Shown here: piece by piece, positions 26,834 to 36,636 of the stretch
How positions within the stretch are numbered: position 1 is the stretch's first letter
Layout: every line of letters begins with the position of its first letter
Assembly: GCA_016190005.1 (NCBI GenBank)
Contig: JACPRK010000139.1
Location: forward strand, 24,717-88,716
Direction of reading: 5' to 3'
From: Candidatus Wallbacteria bacterium
Lineage (GTDB): Bacteria > Muiribacteriota > UBA6191 > JACPRK01
DNA: 64,000 nt
Position numbers and translations under genes: made by a program
The notes under the pieces: model-generated
What the model was told of the DNA's origin: nothing
Database searches by the model: none
The model's input: the letters and a program-made list of their open reading frames with translations, nothing else

Positions 26834-28456
26834 TCAATGCTCCAGCCGCAGGAGCCGAACGGGCTCCGCGGTGTAGTAGTTTTTCAGCAACTCGAAGCTG
26901 CCGATTGGCGATGCCCTTCCGAAGGTCTCGGGATACCGAACGGACAGGCGCGGAAGTTCGGCGCCATCCAGCAACAGCAAGTGCGTCGGAGGATAGCGTC
27001 GGAGCCGAGGACCGATGTACTCCAACGGGCGCCCGATCGGAAGGTTCACAGTCGGCAGGCGGTTCTCCAGCGCCAGGGTGTCGGCGATGCGGCCGCAGAT
27101 CACGGGGCGCGGAGTGTCGGCGCGAGCGCGCCGCCCGATACTGTGCGCCGTTTCGAGAAGGCTGTACCGCGGATGGGCGGCCCAGGCAACGTAGTCGAAA
27201 GCCGAAATCGCGATCGCGGCGCCCAGGGTCAACGCGGCCGTCACTCGGAGAAGAGGCCCCCGCCGCCAGAGCTGTTGCAGGGCGATCGCCGCCAGCCCAG
27301 CCATAGACGGGACAAGGATGAGGAAGTATCGCAACGGCTGATAGGAGAGCGAGGCCACGCCAGCAGTCGATACCAGCAGCCATAGCGCCAGAAACCGCAC
27401 CTCGACGGGCGGCATTTCGAAAATCGTGCCCGGCGGCCCGCGCTGAAAGCGACCGGATACTGCATGCCGACAGGCCATTGCCAGCACCCATAACGAGCCG
27501 CCCAGGCCGAGCGGGAAGAGGATTGGCCAGTGGTGCCAGGGCACGCCGTCCTGCAGGAAGACGGCGTACCCTCGGACCATTGCGCCGACTCCTCCGAGCC
27601 GCTGGCCCAGAAGCCGGGAAGTCAGCCAGGCAGCATCCTCCCCGAACGGTTCTACCCAAGAGGCGAAGAAGATCGTGGCACCGGCGGCCAGCGTGGCGGC
27701 CCAGGTGAAGGCGAGCGCCACGGGGGATAACGCAGCACCGCCTCGATAACGAAATCCGAGAACGACGGCGACGAAGACGGCATCGACGATGACCACCAAC
27801 GTCAGGGATACAGCGGAGAGTTTGAATCCTATAGCCAGCAGTCCAACGCAAGCAGAACCGGCTGCAAGACCGTGACTGGCGTGGCGCCGGGCAACCAGCA
27901 GAAGGGCAGCCGACGTCAACAGGAGCGTGATGTAAGGAATCTCAGTCAAGGCAAGGCGGGAGTACATGACGCTGGTGAAGTCCGTGGCCAGAAGAAGGGC
28001 CCCCACCATGGCGAAGGGGCGGCCAAGTGGCCGTCGTAGAAGTACGAAGAGCACGGCCGGTGCAAGCCCTCCCAGCAGGGCAGGGCCGGTCCGCGCCGCG
28101 ATGAGCGAGACCCCGGAGATCTCGAATGCGACTCGCTGCATCGCCGAGAACAGCGGTGTGATCGCGATCGGATTCAGGTCGCCCGGTTGGGTCCAAGTTC
28201 CCTCGAGCGCGTGGATGCGGGCGTTGCGGCTGTACCAACCCTCGTCGGTCAAGAAGACTCCCGATATCTGCAGATTGCCAAGGCGTCCGAGGCTGGCCAC
28301 GGGCGGATCGGCCTGCAACCAGGCCAGTCGGAGACTCAGGGCAAGGGCGAGCAGAATCGCGGCGACGGCCACGTCGACGGCGAAACCGGAGGCACGCAGC
28401 CGGCCGATCATCCGCAGCAACTGTCCGGCGCCGAGTCCAACCACGCCGCGACTCAT
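26834..28456 (-). CDS. glycosyltransferase family 39 (ArnT / PMT-like) integral membrane protein
   Basis: Multiple transmembrane helices. The N-terminal loop has a DEGWY-type motif (FLTDEGWYSRNA), followed by a large hydrophobic core typical of the GT-C fold. Confidence 0.65.
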   Translation of the reverse strand: MSRGVVGLGAGQLLRMIGRLRASGFAVDVAVAAILLALALSLRLAWLQADPPVASLGRLGNLQISGVFLTDEGWYSRNARIHALEGTWTQPGDLNPIAITPLFSAMQRVAFEISGVSLIAARTGPALLGGLAPAVLFVLLRRPLGRPFAMVGALLLATDFTSVMYSRLALTEIPYITLLLTSAALLLVARRHASHGLAAGSACVGLLAIGFKLSAVSLTLVVIVDAVFVAVVLGFRYRGGAALSPVALAFTWAATLAAGATIFFASWVEPFGEDAAWLTSRLLGQRLGGVGAMVRGYAVFLQDGVPWHHWPILFPLGLGGSLWVLAMACRHAVSGRFQRGPPGTIFEMPPVEVRFLALWLLVSTAGVASLSYQPLRYFLILVPSMAGLAAIALQQLWRRGPLLRVTAALTLGAAIAISAFDYVAWAAHPRYSLLETAHSIGRRARADTPRPVICGRIADTLALENRLPTVNLPIGRPLEYIGPRLRRYPPTHLLLLDGAELPRLSVRYPETFGRASPIGSFELLKNYYTAEPVRLLRLEH

Positions 28457-28948
28457 GGGCCTCCTTCCTCGTGCTCAGGCGAGCGCCGGCGACCTCACAC
28501 CGGGGACCAGGGTACGACTGCGGCTGTCCCGGCAGCCGATTCAACCAGGGGAGACGCCCCCGGATCCGGCTGGTAACGGCCGTAACCGGGCAGCCTCAGT
28601 ACCCCGGCGAGAGCGCAAGCTTCGTCCGCATTTGCCAAAGCTCTTCCGCAAGAAGACCGACGGCGAGGATTTCGGTGCCGATCTGCCCCATGGCCGGGAG
28701 CAACCTAGTCCGTCCGTTGCTCACGATCGACCTCCTTCGGTCTGGCACGACCGCCCGGATACGGCAGTAGATAGGCATCACGCTGCGACGTTCGATGCCT
28801 CGGCGACACGCAGGCAACTCTGACTTCATGCAGTCCAGGCCGGAGCGTCCGATCGCATGTATGGACAAGCACACGGGTTCGGAGCATCGTCTGCACGCGA
28901 CTCGCTCGGGGCTGTTACCTCGCGCGGCGAGCAACGTCTTGAGCCCTG

Positions 28949-30835
28949 ATGCTGAACCTGCTCTTGAAATGCCTCCGAACTCGCGCATCATTACAACCGC
29001 CTCAGCGCCCGGCGTGGTTCGCACTGGCGCTGACCTTCTTGGCTGCAGCGCCGCATGTCGCGGCCGAACCCGTAACCGCATCGCTCGAATTTTCCCGGAA
29101 GGCTGTGCAGCCCGGGCAGACGGTGGAAGGCCTCGTCCGGCTTCGCATCCAGCCGGGCTATCATCTCTACGGCCCGGACGAGACGCAGGGCTTGCCGACC
29201 GCGGTGAAGCTCGTGGTGCCTGCCGGGGTCACAGTGAGCGCGCCGCGCTTCCCGGCGCCGCGAGAGGCCCATTACGAGGCGCTCGGCGGCAAGCTGAGGC
29301 TCTACGAGGATGATATCGCCGTCGGGTTCACGCTCGAGGTAGCGCCGGCGTTTTCCGGCAGCCGCGTAGGTGTGAGCGCGTTGCTCGATTACCAGCCCTG
29401 CACCGATCGCATTTGCGAGCGACCGCGGCAAGGCGTCGAAGCGAGTGCCGGGCTTCCGGTGGTGAGCGTGGCGGCAGCTGCGTCCGCCGACTCGCCCGAG
29501 TTGCCGGGCTCGCCGCTCAGGCAAAACCCTCTACGTGTCGCGCTCGACCGTGGCCTGTTGTGGGCGCTGCTCGCGGCGTTCGGCTGGGGCATCGCGGCCA
29601 GCTTCAGCCCCTGCGTCTATCCGATGATCCCGATCACGGTCTCCTACTTCGGCGGGCAATCGAAGTCCGGAAGCACCGCCCGCAGGGTAGCCCTCGCCTG
29701 TACTTACGTGCTCGGCATGGTCACCACCTACACGGCGGCCGGGGTGGCGGCGGCAAGGATGGGGCGAGACCTGGGAGCCGTCATGGCCAATCCGTGGATG
29801 ATCGGCTCTCTGTCCCTCGTGCTGGTCGCGCTGGCCGGATCGATGTTCGGACTGTATGTGCTTCAACTGCCGCGGGCGCTGACCGGCCGACTGCAGGCCG
29901 ACGACCGCGGTGGCTTTCTCGAAGCTTTCTTCCTGGGGCTGGTCCTGGGCTTCGTGGCGGCGCCCTGCGTGGGACCCTTCGCGGGCAGCATCCTCGTCTT
30001 CGTTGCCCAGTCCGCGGATCCGCTCGTTGGCTCCCTGACGCTGTTCAGCTTCGGCCTCGGGATGGGGATGCTCTTCATCGCCATCGCCGTGTCTTCGGGC
30101 ACCCTTGCGCTGATGCCGCGATCGGGCAAGTGGCTGCTCGCGCTGGAACGCTTCTTCGGGTACGTGCTGATCGGCATGGCGATTTACCTGGTTTCGAATG
30201 TCGTCGCGGCATCGGTGGCGACCTGGTTGTTCGGCGCCTACCTGGTCGCCGGCGGGACGTACCTGGGCGCCTTCATGCCCGTGCCAGCCGGGGCAAGCGG
30301 CTGGACACGGATGACCCAGGCCGCGGCGATCGTCATGGCTTCGACAGGCGTAGCCACCGTCATGTCGGGTACACCGTGGAACGGCGCCTTGCGCGAGGCA
30401 GCACGGCATGAGGCGGCCACGAACGGACGCGTGCTCGCCGAAGAGAGTGAAGGCATCCGCTGGTTCCGTTCACTCGAGGAGGCCAGGACCGAAGCCACCC
30501 GGACCGGCAAGCCGATCTTCGCCGATTTCTACGCAGACTGGTGTGTGCCTTGCCGCCTGATGGACCGCACGACGTTTCGAGATTCCCGGGTCGTGAAGGC
30601 CATGGAAGCGTTCATCGCCCTGAAAGCAGACTGTACGCAGCCGAAGATGCCGGCGGCCCGTTACAAGAATGACGTGTTGAAGTCCCCCGTCATGCCCTAC
30701 CTGGCCTTCTTCGGCCCGGCCGGCAACCCGCTTCCCGCCGATTCCATCGAGGGCTATACCGATGCTTCCGAGCTGCTCGCCGCGCTACATTCCGTCGCTG
30801 GGCGCTTTCAGCCACACCGGCAAGACCGCCAATGA
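28949..30835 (+). CDS. dsbD: thiol:disulfide interchange protein DsbD (alpha, CcdA-like transmembrane and thioredoxin domains)
   Basis: Periplasmic N-terminal domain with ...YQPCTDRICERP. Transmembrane core with SFSPCVYPMIPI and AAPCVGPF Cys motifs. C-terminal thioredoxin motif ADWCVPCRLMD. Confidence 0.85.
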   Translation: MLNLLLKCLRTRASLQPPQRPAWFALALTFLAAAPHVAAEPVTASLEFSRKAVQPGQTVEGLVRLRIQPGYHLYGPDETQGLPTAVKLVVPAGVTVSAPRFPAPREAHYEALGGKLRLYEDDIAVGFTLEVAPAFSGSRVGVSALLDYQPCTDRICERPRQGVEASAGLPVVSVAAAASADSPELPGSPLRQNPLRVALDRGLLWALLAAFGWGIAASFSPCVYPMIPITVSYFGGQSKSGSTARRVALACTYVLGMVTTYTAAGVAAARMGRDLGAVMANPWMIGSLSLVLVALAGSMFGLYVLQLPRALTGRLQADDRGGFLEAFFLGLVLGFVAAPCVGPFAGSILVFVAQSADPLVGSLTLFSFGLGMGMLFIAIAVSSGTLALMPRSGKWLLALERFFGYVLIGMAIYLVSNVVAASVATWLFGAYLVAGGTYLGAFMPVPAGASGWTRMTQAAAIVMASTGVATVMSGTPWNGALREAARHEAATNGRVLAEESEGIRWFRSLEEARTEATRTGKPIFADFYADWCVPCRLMDRTTFRDSRVVKAMEAFIALKADCTQPKMPAARYKNDVLKSPVMPYLAFFGPAGNPLPADSIEGYTDASELLAALHSVAGRFQPHRQDRQ

Positions 30836-31371
30836 GGTAACGGTTCGCGATGTTCAAAGAGTGTACCGTCGAGAAGCGTACCGTAGCATCCGTGACTGTC
30901 CGCGGTAGCAGGATTACCGACTGACGGCGGTGGAGGTGAACACGCGCCATGCAGTGGATTCTCGGGGACTTGTACAGGACAATGCCGGCGCAATGAGGTA
31001 GCCTACGGCGACGGGTTCTTGAGGTTGCCACTAGAGGCGCGCTTCGCCTTCAAGGGTGGCACGGCAATCAATCATTCTTACTTCGGCGACGACCGGTTCT
31101 CCGAGGACTTGGACTTCACAATCCTGGAGCAGAACCCCCTTCGAGACCGTCCGTGACGGACTCGAGCCCCTCTTCCGCACCGACCTTTCGTCCGTCCGAA
31201 AAGCAGGGAGCGTGATCTCTGTTGACAGTACCCTGCCGCAACGGCGCCGGCCGTGCATCCTCGGCTCCCCGCCGAGTTCTTCTCGCCGGCTCCCCGGAGA
31301 GCCCCGGCTGAAGCGCGACCGTGGATCGCCTTTGAGCGGGGCCTCCGGAGAAGACCTTCAGAAGAAGAATC

Positions 31372-31926
31372 TCACGAGCCGGCCTCGCGGTCGCCGCCGG
31401 AGCCGGCGGGATAGTCGTCCATGGAGCGCCTCCTGCGAGGCGGCTCCTCGGCCGGTGCCGTTGCTTCCTCCGGCGCGGGAAGCTGCTCGATCCACTCGCT
31501 GACCTGCCGGTGAGCTGCTTTCCCTTCCATCGCCCGGCGTCCCCTGCTGTCGTAGATGACGAAGTGAGGCAGCGCCCGAATGCCGTACTGCTCGGCGACG
31601 GGGGAGCTGAAATCGATGCTCCGTGAGCCGGGCCGGTCGACGTTGATCGTCCTCACGGCGATATCCGCGCGGGCCTCGACCAAGCGCTGCAGCCCGGGCG
31701 CGATAGCCCTGCAGGGCGGGCAGTTGCGGCTGTGGAAGTCGAAGATGGTCATCTTTCCCGGCACTCGATATCGCTCGATGTCGATCTCCAATCCGGCTTC
31801 TCCGATGGCTCCGATCGCCGCCCGGGAGCCGGGTCTCAGCATCTTCGCAGTGTCACCCGAGAACGCCAGGCCGCCCAAGACGGCGAAACCCGCGATCACG
31901 GTCCAGATAGGAACTCTCATTCTCAT
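31372..31926 (-). CDS. thioredoxin-like (TlpA/thiol-disulfide oxidoreductase) protein
   Basis: Signal/anchor N-terminus. Redox motif FHSRNCPPCRAIAP within a thioredoxin fold. Confidence 0.7.
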   Translation of the reverse strand: MRMRVPIWTVIAGFAVLGGLAFSGDTAKMLRPGSRAAIGAIGEAGLEIDIERYRVPGKMTIFDFHSRNCPPCRAIAPGLQRLVEARADIAVRTINVDRPGSRSIDFSSPVAEQYGIRALPHFVIYDSRGRRAMEGKAAHRQVSEWIEQLPAPEEATAPAEEPPRRRRSMDDYPAGSGGDREAGS

Positions 31927-32065
31927 ACGACCTCCTTGTCGTCGAATTCACCTGTTACGACGCCGACCAGCTTGCGACGTAACGTCCCAATCCGTTGGTT
32001 CGCGAGGGTGCCGGTTTCGTGGCCCAATCCCTGAGCCCGGCGGTCGGAGCGAATCGGCCGGGCTC

Positions 32066-33508
32066 TCATGCGGCCAGTGCGGCCGCGTTGCTCGCCGGCA
32101 GCTCCACCTGAAACTTAGTGCCGACACCTACTTCCGAGGAGAATTCGATGGTGCCACCATGGGCGACGACGTGACTCCTGGCGATCGCCAGACCCAGACC
32201 CGTGCCTGCCGGCTTTCCGTGCGTGACGAAAGCATCGAACAGTCGCGGTCTCACTTCGGATGGAACTCCCTTGCCCTCGTCAGCGACTTCGAGCAGGATC
32301 CGATGAGGTTGCGAGTCCAGGCGGACCAGGACTCGGCTGCCGGACGAGCTGGCCTCGATGGAGTTCTTGACGAGGTTGTAGACCACGCGCGCCATCTTGG
32401 TCCGGTCGGCCCGGAGGGATGCGCAGCCCTCAATCTCCGCGACGAGCTTCACACCCCGTTCATCGGCCAGCGGGCGCACGTCGCCGAGAATGTCCTCGAT
32501 GAACTCCACGGCGGCGAACTCGTCGAGATGGAGCGTCATGGAGCCCTGGCTGAAAGCCAGAATGTCGTCCGATAGCTCCGTGATCCGCTCTACCTGTTTG
32601 GCAAGGAGGTGGGCCATCGACTCTCGTCGGGGCCGTTCCTGCTGATCGGAGAGAATCCTGGTCAAGCCAAGGATGTTGGAGAGAGGACCGCGGACGTCGT
32701 GGACGATGGTGGCGACCATGCGACCCACCGAGGCCAGCCGCTCGTGAAGGTGGACGCTCGCGACGGCTTCTTGCATTGCATGGAAGTGTCGGGCTAACCG
32801 GCCGAGCTCCGCCGGCGCGAACAACGGCAGCGGAGGACCGGCGCCACCGTTCGCCGCGGCGTCCATCGCTTCGGCGAGCTGACTCAAGGGGCGAACCAGC
32901 ACGCTGGAGAGGATGCCGCCGAGGAGGATCGCGACGACGAGCCCGGCCAGAGTGACGGTTGCGAGCTCCAGGGCGTCGCGCCGCAGGATCGACCGGATTT
33001 CGCCGGCCTTGTAGTCGGCCTCGAGCAGGGCCACGGTACGCCCGCTGCTGTCCTTTACTGGAGCGTATGCGGACATCCACTCGCCGTACTGATCTTCGTA
33101 GATGCCTGTGCTGGCTGTCACCCCTTGCTCGAAGATGGCGAGCATCTCGGGCCTCAGCTCGTACGGCATGCCTATCTGGGCTTCGTGGCGGGTCCTCACG
33201 ATGAACCGCGTCTGGGAGCCCTCGCGCACCAGCGTGTAGATCTCGGTGTTCAGGCCGTTGCCTTGCTCAATCCGACGCAAATAGCCGGCGAGCTTCCTGA
33301 AGTTGGCGCAGCTGCGGTCGCGGCACTTGGCGAGCTCGGCATGGGCCTCACCGTCGAGGGCTTCCGCCGCCGTCACGGCTATCGAGAGTAGCCGGTCCTG
33401 GGCGAGTCGCGTGAGATGTTGCGACTCGCGACGCAGGTGCAGCAGCCCGGTCGTGACGGCGAAGAGAAGTAGCAGCCCTGCGCTCAGCCCAACAATCCTG
33501 ATATGCAT
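32066..33508 (-). CDS. sensor histidine kinase, paralog 1, intact
   Basis: Transmembrane helix, periplasmic sensor region, second transmembrane helix. H-box IVHDVRGPLSNI. HATPase_c N, G1 and G2 motifs (VYNLVKNSIEA, DEGKGVP, GTGLGLAIARS). Confidence 0.85.
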   Translation of the reverse strand: MHIRIVGLSAGLLLLFAVTTGLLHLRRESQHLTRLAQDRLLSIAVTAAEALDGEAHAELAKCRDRSCANFRKLAGYLRRIEQGNGLNTEIYTLVREGSQTRFIVRTRHEAQIGMPYELRPEMLAIFEQGVTASTGIYEDQYGEWMSAYAPVKDSSGRTVALLEADYKAGEIRSILRRDALELATVTLAGLVVAILLGGILSSVLVRPLSQLAEAMDAAANGGAGPPLPLFAPAELGRLARHFHAMQEAVASVHLHERLASVGRMVATIVHDVRGPLSNILGLTRILSDQQERPRRESMAHLLAKQVERITELSDDILAFSQGSMTLHLDEFAAVEFIEDILGDVRPLADERGVKLVAEIEGCASLRADRTKMARVVYNLVKNSIEASSSGSRVLVRLDSQPHRILLEVADEGKGVPSEVRPRLFDAFVTHGKPAGTGLGLAIARSHVVAHGGTIEFSSEVGVGTKFQVELPASNAAALAA

Positions 33509-33571
33509 TCTCCTGCTCCTTGGCTGGATGGGAAACCACAGACGATGCGTCGACTCCTAGACCTGCTTCCG

Positions 33572-33853
33572 TCATTGCTCCTCGACCGGCAGGGCACCAT
33601 CCAGAACGACGCCGTTCTCGACCTGATCCGAGAGGACGTCGAGCGTGAGGAACGTCACGCAAGTTCCGTCCAGCAGGGTCGGATCCGCGAGGAGGGCGTC
33701 TCTGACGCGCTGCCGCACCCCGCGGGTGACTTCCGTGACGGTCGCTCCAATGACACAGAGACCGGGAATCGTGGGGCAGCATGCGAGCACGGGCGATCCG
33801 GGCTTTACCCGAATGAAGAGAGGTACGCGTAGAGGTTTGCTCGAAAGGGTCAT
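33572..33853 (-). CDS. small HicB-like / UPF0150-fold protein, orphan paralog B
   Basis: MTLSSKPLRVPLFIRVKPGSPVLACCPTIPGLCVIGATVTEVTRGVRQRVRDAL is clearly homologous to 26534-26758. It lies just upstream of histidine kinase paralog 1. Confidence 0.45.
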   Translation of the reverse strand: MTLSSKPLRVPLFIRVKPGSPVLACCPTIPGLCVIGATVTEVTRGVRQRVRDALLADPTLLDGTCVTFLTLDVLSDQVENGVVLDGALPVEEQ

Positions 33854-33883
33854 CGCCACGGTCGTTTGGCCCTCGGGTCGCAC

Positions 33884-34486
33884 CTATTCGGACTCCTTCA
33901 AGAGGTCTTCGACTATCCCCTCGACAACCTCCGGCCGGTAGAAGTCCAGGTGGCGTAGCCGGCCTTGTCGATCCAGAAGGGCCACGTAAGGGGTCCCTCG
34001 CGCGCCATAGGACTCGAAAGTAGCCGTCAACTTTCGATCGATGGCCACGGGGAAATTGAACTGATTGCGCTTGACGTACGCCTGAATCCTGTCTGGCGTC
34101 TGGCTGGCCTGATGCTCGAAGGCCACTGCGAGACCGATGACCTGGAGACCTTCTCGCCCGTACCTCTGCTGCATCTTCACGATGTGGGGGTGCGCGGCGT
34201 GGCAGCCCGGACAGATGATCTGGAACATGTCGAGCAGCACGACTTTGCCCTTGAGTTGCTCGAGCGTCAACGGGGAGCCGGCGACCCACTGTTGAACCTG
34301 AAGGACGGGGGCCGGAACGGACTCGGGCACGGGCACGTAGATGCTGCCTCCAGTAGGCGGGGCCGCCTCCGGAGGTGACTGCCGTGTCGAGCCGGAGCCG
34401 GCATCCTGGGCCGGCGCCGTGATCGCTAGCAGCAGGCCCAGCAACGTCGCTTGGAGGCCACGAGAGAAAATCTGGTGTGCAATCAC
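33884..34486 (-). CDS. periplasmic TlpA-like redoxin
   Basis: Signal peptide. LLDMFQIICPGCHAAHP CxxC motif within a thioredoxin/AhpC-TSA-like fold. Confidence 0.7.
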   Translation of the reverse strand: MIAHQIFSRGLQATLLGLLLAITAPAQDAGSGSTRQSPPEAAPPTGGSIYVPVPESVPAPVLQVQQWVAGSPLTLEQLKGKVVLLDMFQIICPGCHAAHPHIVKMQQRYGREGLQVIGLAVAFEHQASQTPDRIQAYVKRNQFNFPVAIDRKLTATFESYGARGTPYVALLDRQGRLRHLDFYRPEVVEGIVEDLLKESE

Positions 34487-34731
34487 GGGAACCTCCTCAA
34501 CGGTGAGGAGCAGCTCGGGACAGCCACTCCGGCGCCGGCTCGTTCGGCCTCTGCCGCTCGTGGAGATTGACGTGTTCGCAGTGTCCGAGGTAACGACACT
34601 TCAGCCGACTACCGGTGCGTCCTCCGAGCGGAGTGCGAATCTCGACGCGCGATGCGTAGACGGGCGCGATGCCGTGGCCACAAGGACGGTGCGCGCCATA
34701 CCAGGAGCAACGGACAGCAGTTGGTTCAGTT

Positions 34732-35979
34732 TCATAGGCCGCAGCAAGAGTCCCCCTGCTGGGTCGCGCCAGCTTCCAGCAGCGTGGCCTGGTAGCCGGC
34801 CTGGCGGACAGCCTCTCTGAGAGCCTGGATGTTTGGCTTCGGACCGGCGGCCGCGAAACCGACCCGGGCGGTCTTCGTGGGGTAATCGACTGCGGCATTG
34901 AGGACCCCCGGAACGCTCAGGAGAGCCTTCCGAACGTGGGCGGTGCACGCTTCGCAGGACATGCCGCCGATGGACAGCGCCTGCTGCCCGGCGGCGACAC
35001 CGGCCGCCGGCGCGGCGGGCGCGTCGCTGATTCCAATGAGACTGCCCGCATAGTGGGGAAACGCTGCGCCTACGATGGCAAGGAAAGTGGCGAGCCAGAG
35101 CCCCATGCGCCCGAGGCGCCGGGTCCTGGGCGCGGGGACGGCACATGCCTCACCCGATGCACATGCCCGTTCACGGGAGTAAGCGAAGTAGAAGCCCGCG
35201 GCCAGAAGCAGTCCGGTGAGCGTCAGAAAGAGCGGGCGCCATTGCTCGAAGACGGCCCCGGCTCCGGCAGCAGACAGACCCAGGCCGACGAGCATCAGCG
35301 GCAGCCAGCAACACGCGGAGGCCACGACGGCGGCAACGACGGAGCCGGCAAGCAGCCAGGATGTCTTCGGGCCGGTCTGGGCGCGGGAGTCTGGCGCGAC
35401 GGTAGACGATTCCTGCCCGGAGACACGGCAGCACGCCTGAATCACCGAGGGTTCTTCCGAGAGAGCCACAGCCGGCCCTCGCTGGTCGGAGGCGACGGAA
35501 TCGGAGCGCGGATCTCCGTGAACCGCCAGCTGTTGACGGACGACCGTTCCCACGTTGCCCAGACAGCATGAGCCTTGCGGGTTCTCGCGCTCGCAGGCGC
35601 ACTGTCCCTCCTTGACCTTCTGCCGGATGTCGTCCGGCACGGTGCTCTTTCCCGTACGGAGAACCTCCTCGCCTATCGAGGCCGCCGAGTGGTTGAAGCA
35701 GTAGCAGACCGGGCAAGAGAGATCGCTCTCTTTCTGCCAGACAGGGACGGCCACGTCGGAGCGAAGAAAGCGCGCCCCCTGGACGGCCCCGAAGTAGACG
35801 ATGTCGCAATTCTGGGCTGGACAGAACCGATACACGCCGCTCCCGACCCTGCCTCGGCAGGGCTCCCTCAAAAGGGAGCTCAAGGTCTCGTTTGCGACGG
35901 TCTTCCCTCGGGTGCCGCAACCGGGACAGTCGGCGGGCGGGCCGCCTGGGGCAGTGATGGAGCAGCACTTTTCGGACAT
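34732..35979 (-). CDS. fusion: N-terminal Cys-rich metal-binding domain + MerT-like transporter + C-terminal MerP-like HMA domain
   Basis: The N-terminal ~150 aa hold 17 Cys (CC, CPGC, CPVCYC, CAC, CC). Transmembrane region with a vicinal Cys pair, ASACCWLPLMLVGLG (MerT-like). C-terminal GMSCEACTAHVRKALLSVPGV is the HMA GMxCxxC motif. The protein ends ...GDSCCGL. Confidence 0.65.
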   Translation of the reverse strand: MSEKCCSITAPGGPPADCPGCGTRGKTVANETLSSLLREPCRGRVGSGVYRFCPAQNCDIVYFGAVQGARFLRSDVAVPVWQKESDLSCPVCYCFNHSAASIGEEVLRTGKSTVPDDIRQKVKEGQCACERENPQGSCCLGNVGTVVRQQLAVHGDPRSDSVASDQRGPAVALSEEPSVIQACCRVSGQESSTVAPDSRAQTGPKTSWLLAGSVVAAVVASACCWLPLMLVGLGLSAAGAGAVFEQWRPLFLTLTGLLLAAGFYFAYSRERACASGEACAVPAPRTRRLGRMGLWLATFLAIVGAAFPHYAGSLIGISDAPAAPAAGVAAGQQALSIGGMSCEACTAHVRKALLSVPGVLNAAVDYPTKTARVGFAAAGPKPNIQALREAVRQAGYQATLLEAGATQQGDSCCGL

Positions 35980-36094
35980 CTTCAGAACCTCCTTACCGAT
36001 GCGCCCCGTACAGTACTGGCATCGGCAACATCCACATCCCCGGGTAGGGGATATGGTCGCCGGGATGAAAAAAAGAGGAGAGGGCGGCGGGGGC

Positions 36095-36403
36095 TCATGT
36101 TTGCTTCAACAGAGTTGCGAGGACCTGGCTGACCTTTTCGAGGCGTTCGTCGCGGCCGCCTTTCATGCAACTGTCCACGCACGCCTTGAGCTCATGCTCC
36201 AACAGATTGGCTGCGACCTGGTTGAGCGCAGCGCGCACCGCGGCCACCTGCAGGAGAATCTCGTCGGCGCAGCGGTGAGCCAGCACCATGGTCCGCAGTG
36301 AACGCACGTGGCCCTCGATGCGCGCGAGACGGTCGGCGAGCCGCTTCTGGGCGTCTTCGTCTAGATAGGGTTTCGGAACCGGTTTCAGGTGGGACTTGGC
36401 CAT
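36095..36403 (-). CDS. csoR: CsoR/RcnR-family metal-sensing transcriptional repressor
   Basis: GAGGAA RBS. MAKSHL...LARIEGHVRSLRTMVLAHRCADEILLQVAAVRAALNQV...HELKACV matches the DUF156 fold and its metal-ligand positions (C, H, C). Confidence 0.8.
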   Translation of the reverse strand: MAKSHLKPVPKPYLDEDAQKRLADRLARIEGHVRSLRTMVLAHRCADEILLQVAAVRAALNQVAANLLEHELKACVDSCMKGGRDERLEKVSQVLATLLKQT

Positions 36404-36428
36404 TGCGTTCCTCACATCTTGTAGTATA

Positions 36429-36447
36429 TATCCCCCCAGGGGGGATA
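36429..36447. promoter_or_regulatory. perfect inverted repeat TATCCCCCC-A-GGGGGGATA; predicted CsoR/RcnR-type operator
   Basis: 9-bp arms with a 1-bp spacer, about 26 nt upstream of the csoR-like start codon. The G/C-tract palindrome is characteristic of CsoR/RcnR operators. Confidence 0.55.
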
Positions 36448-36636
36448 GCAACCCCTTCTCCTTTCCCACGAAACCGAACCCGAGCGCCTTGGCGAGGTGG
36501 CCGAGCAAAGGGGCTCATTCGTCGTCGCCGCTGGTTAGTGTCGGCTCCAGGGATCGCGCTCGGGCGTTACCCGCACGACCGAAGCTCGTCAGTCCTGCTT
36601 GGGAACTACCTGGGGCACGCCGAAAGGAGGCGCTTC

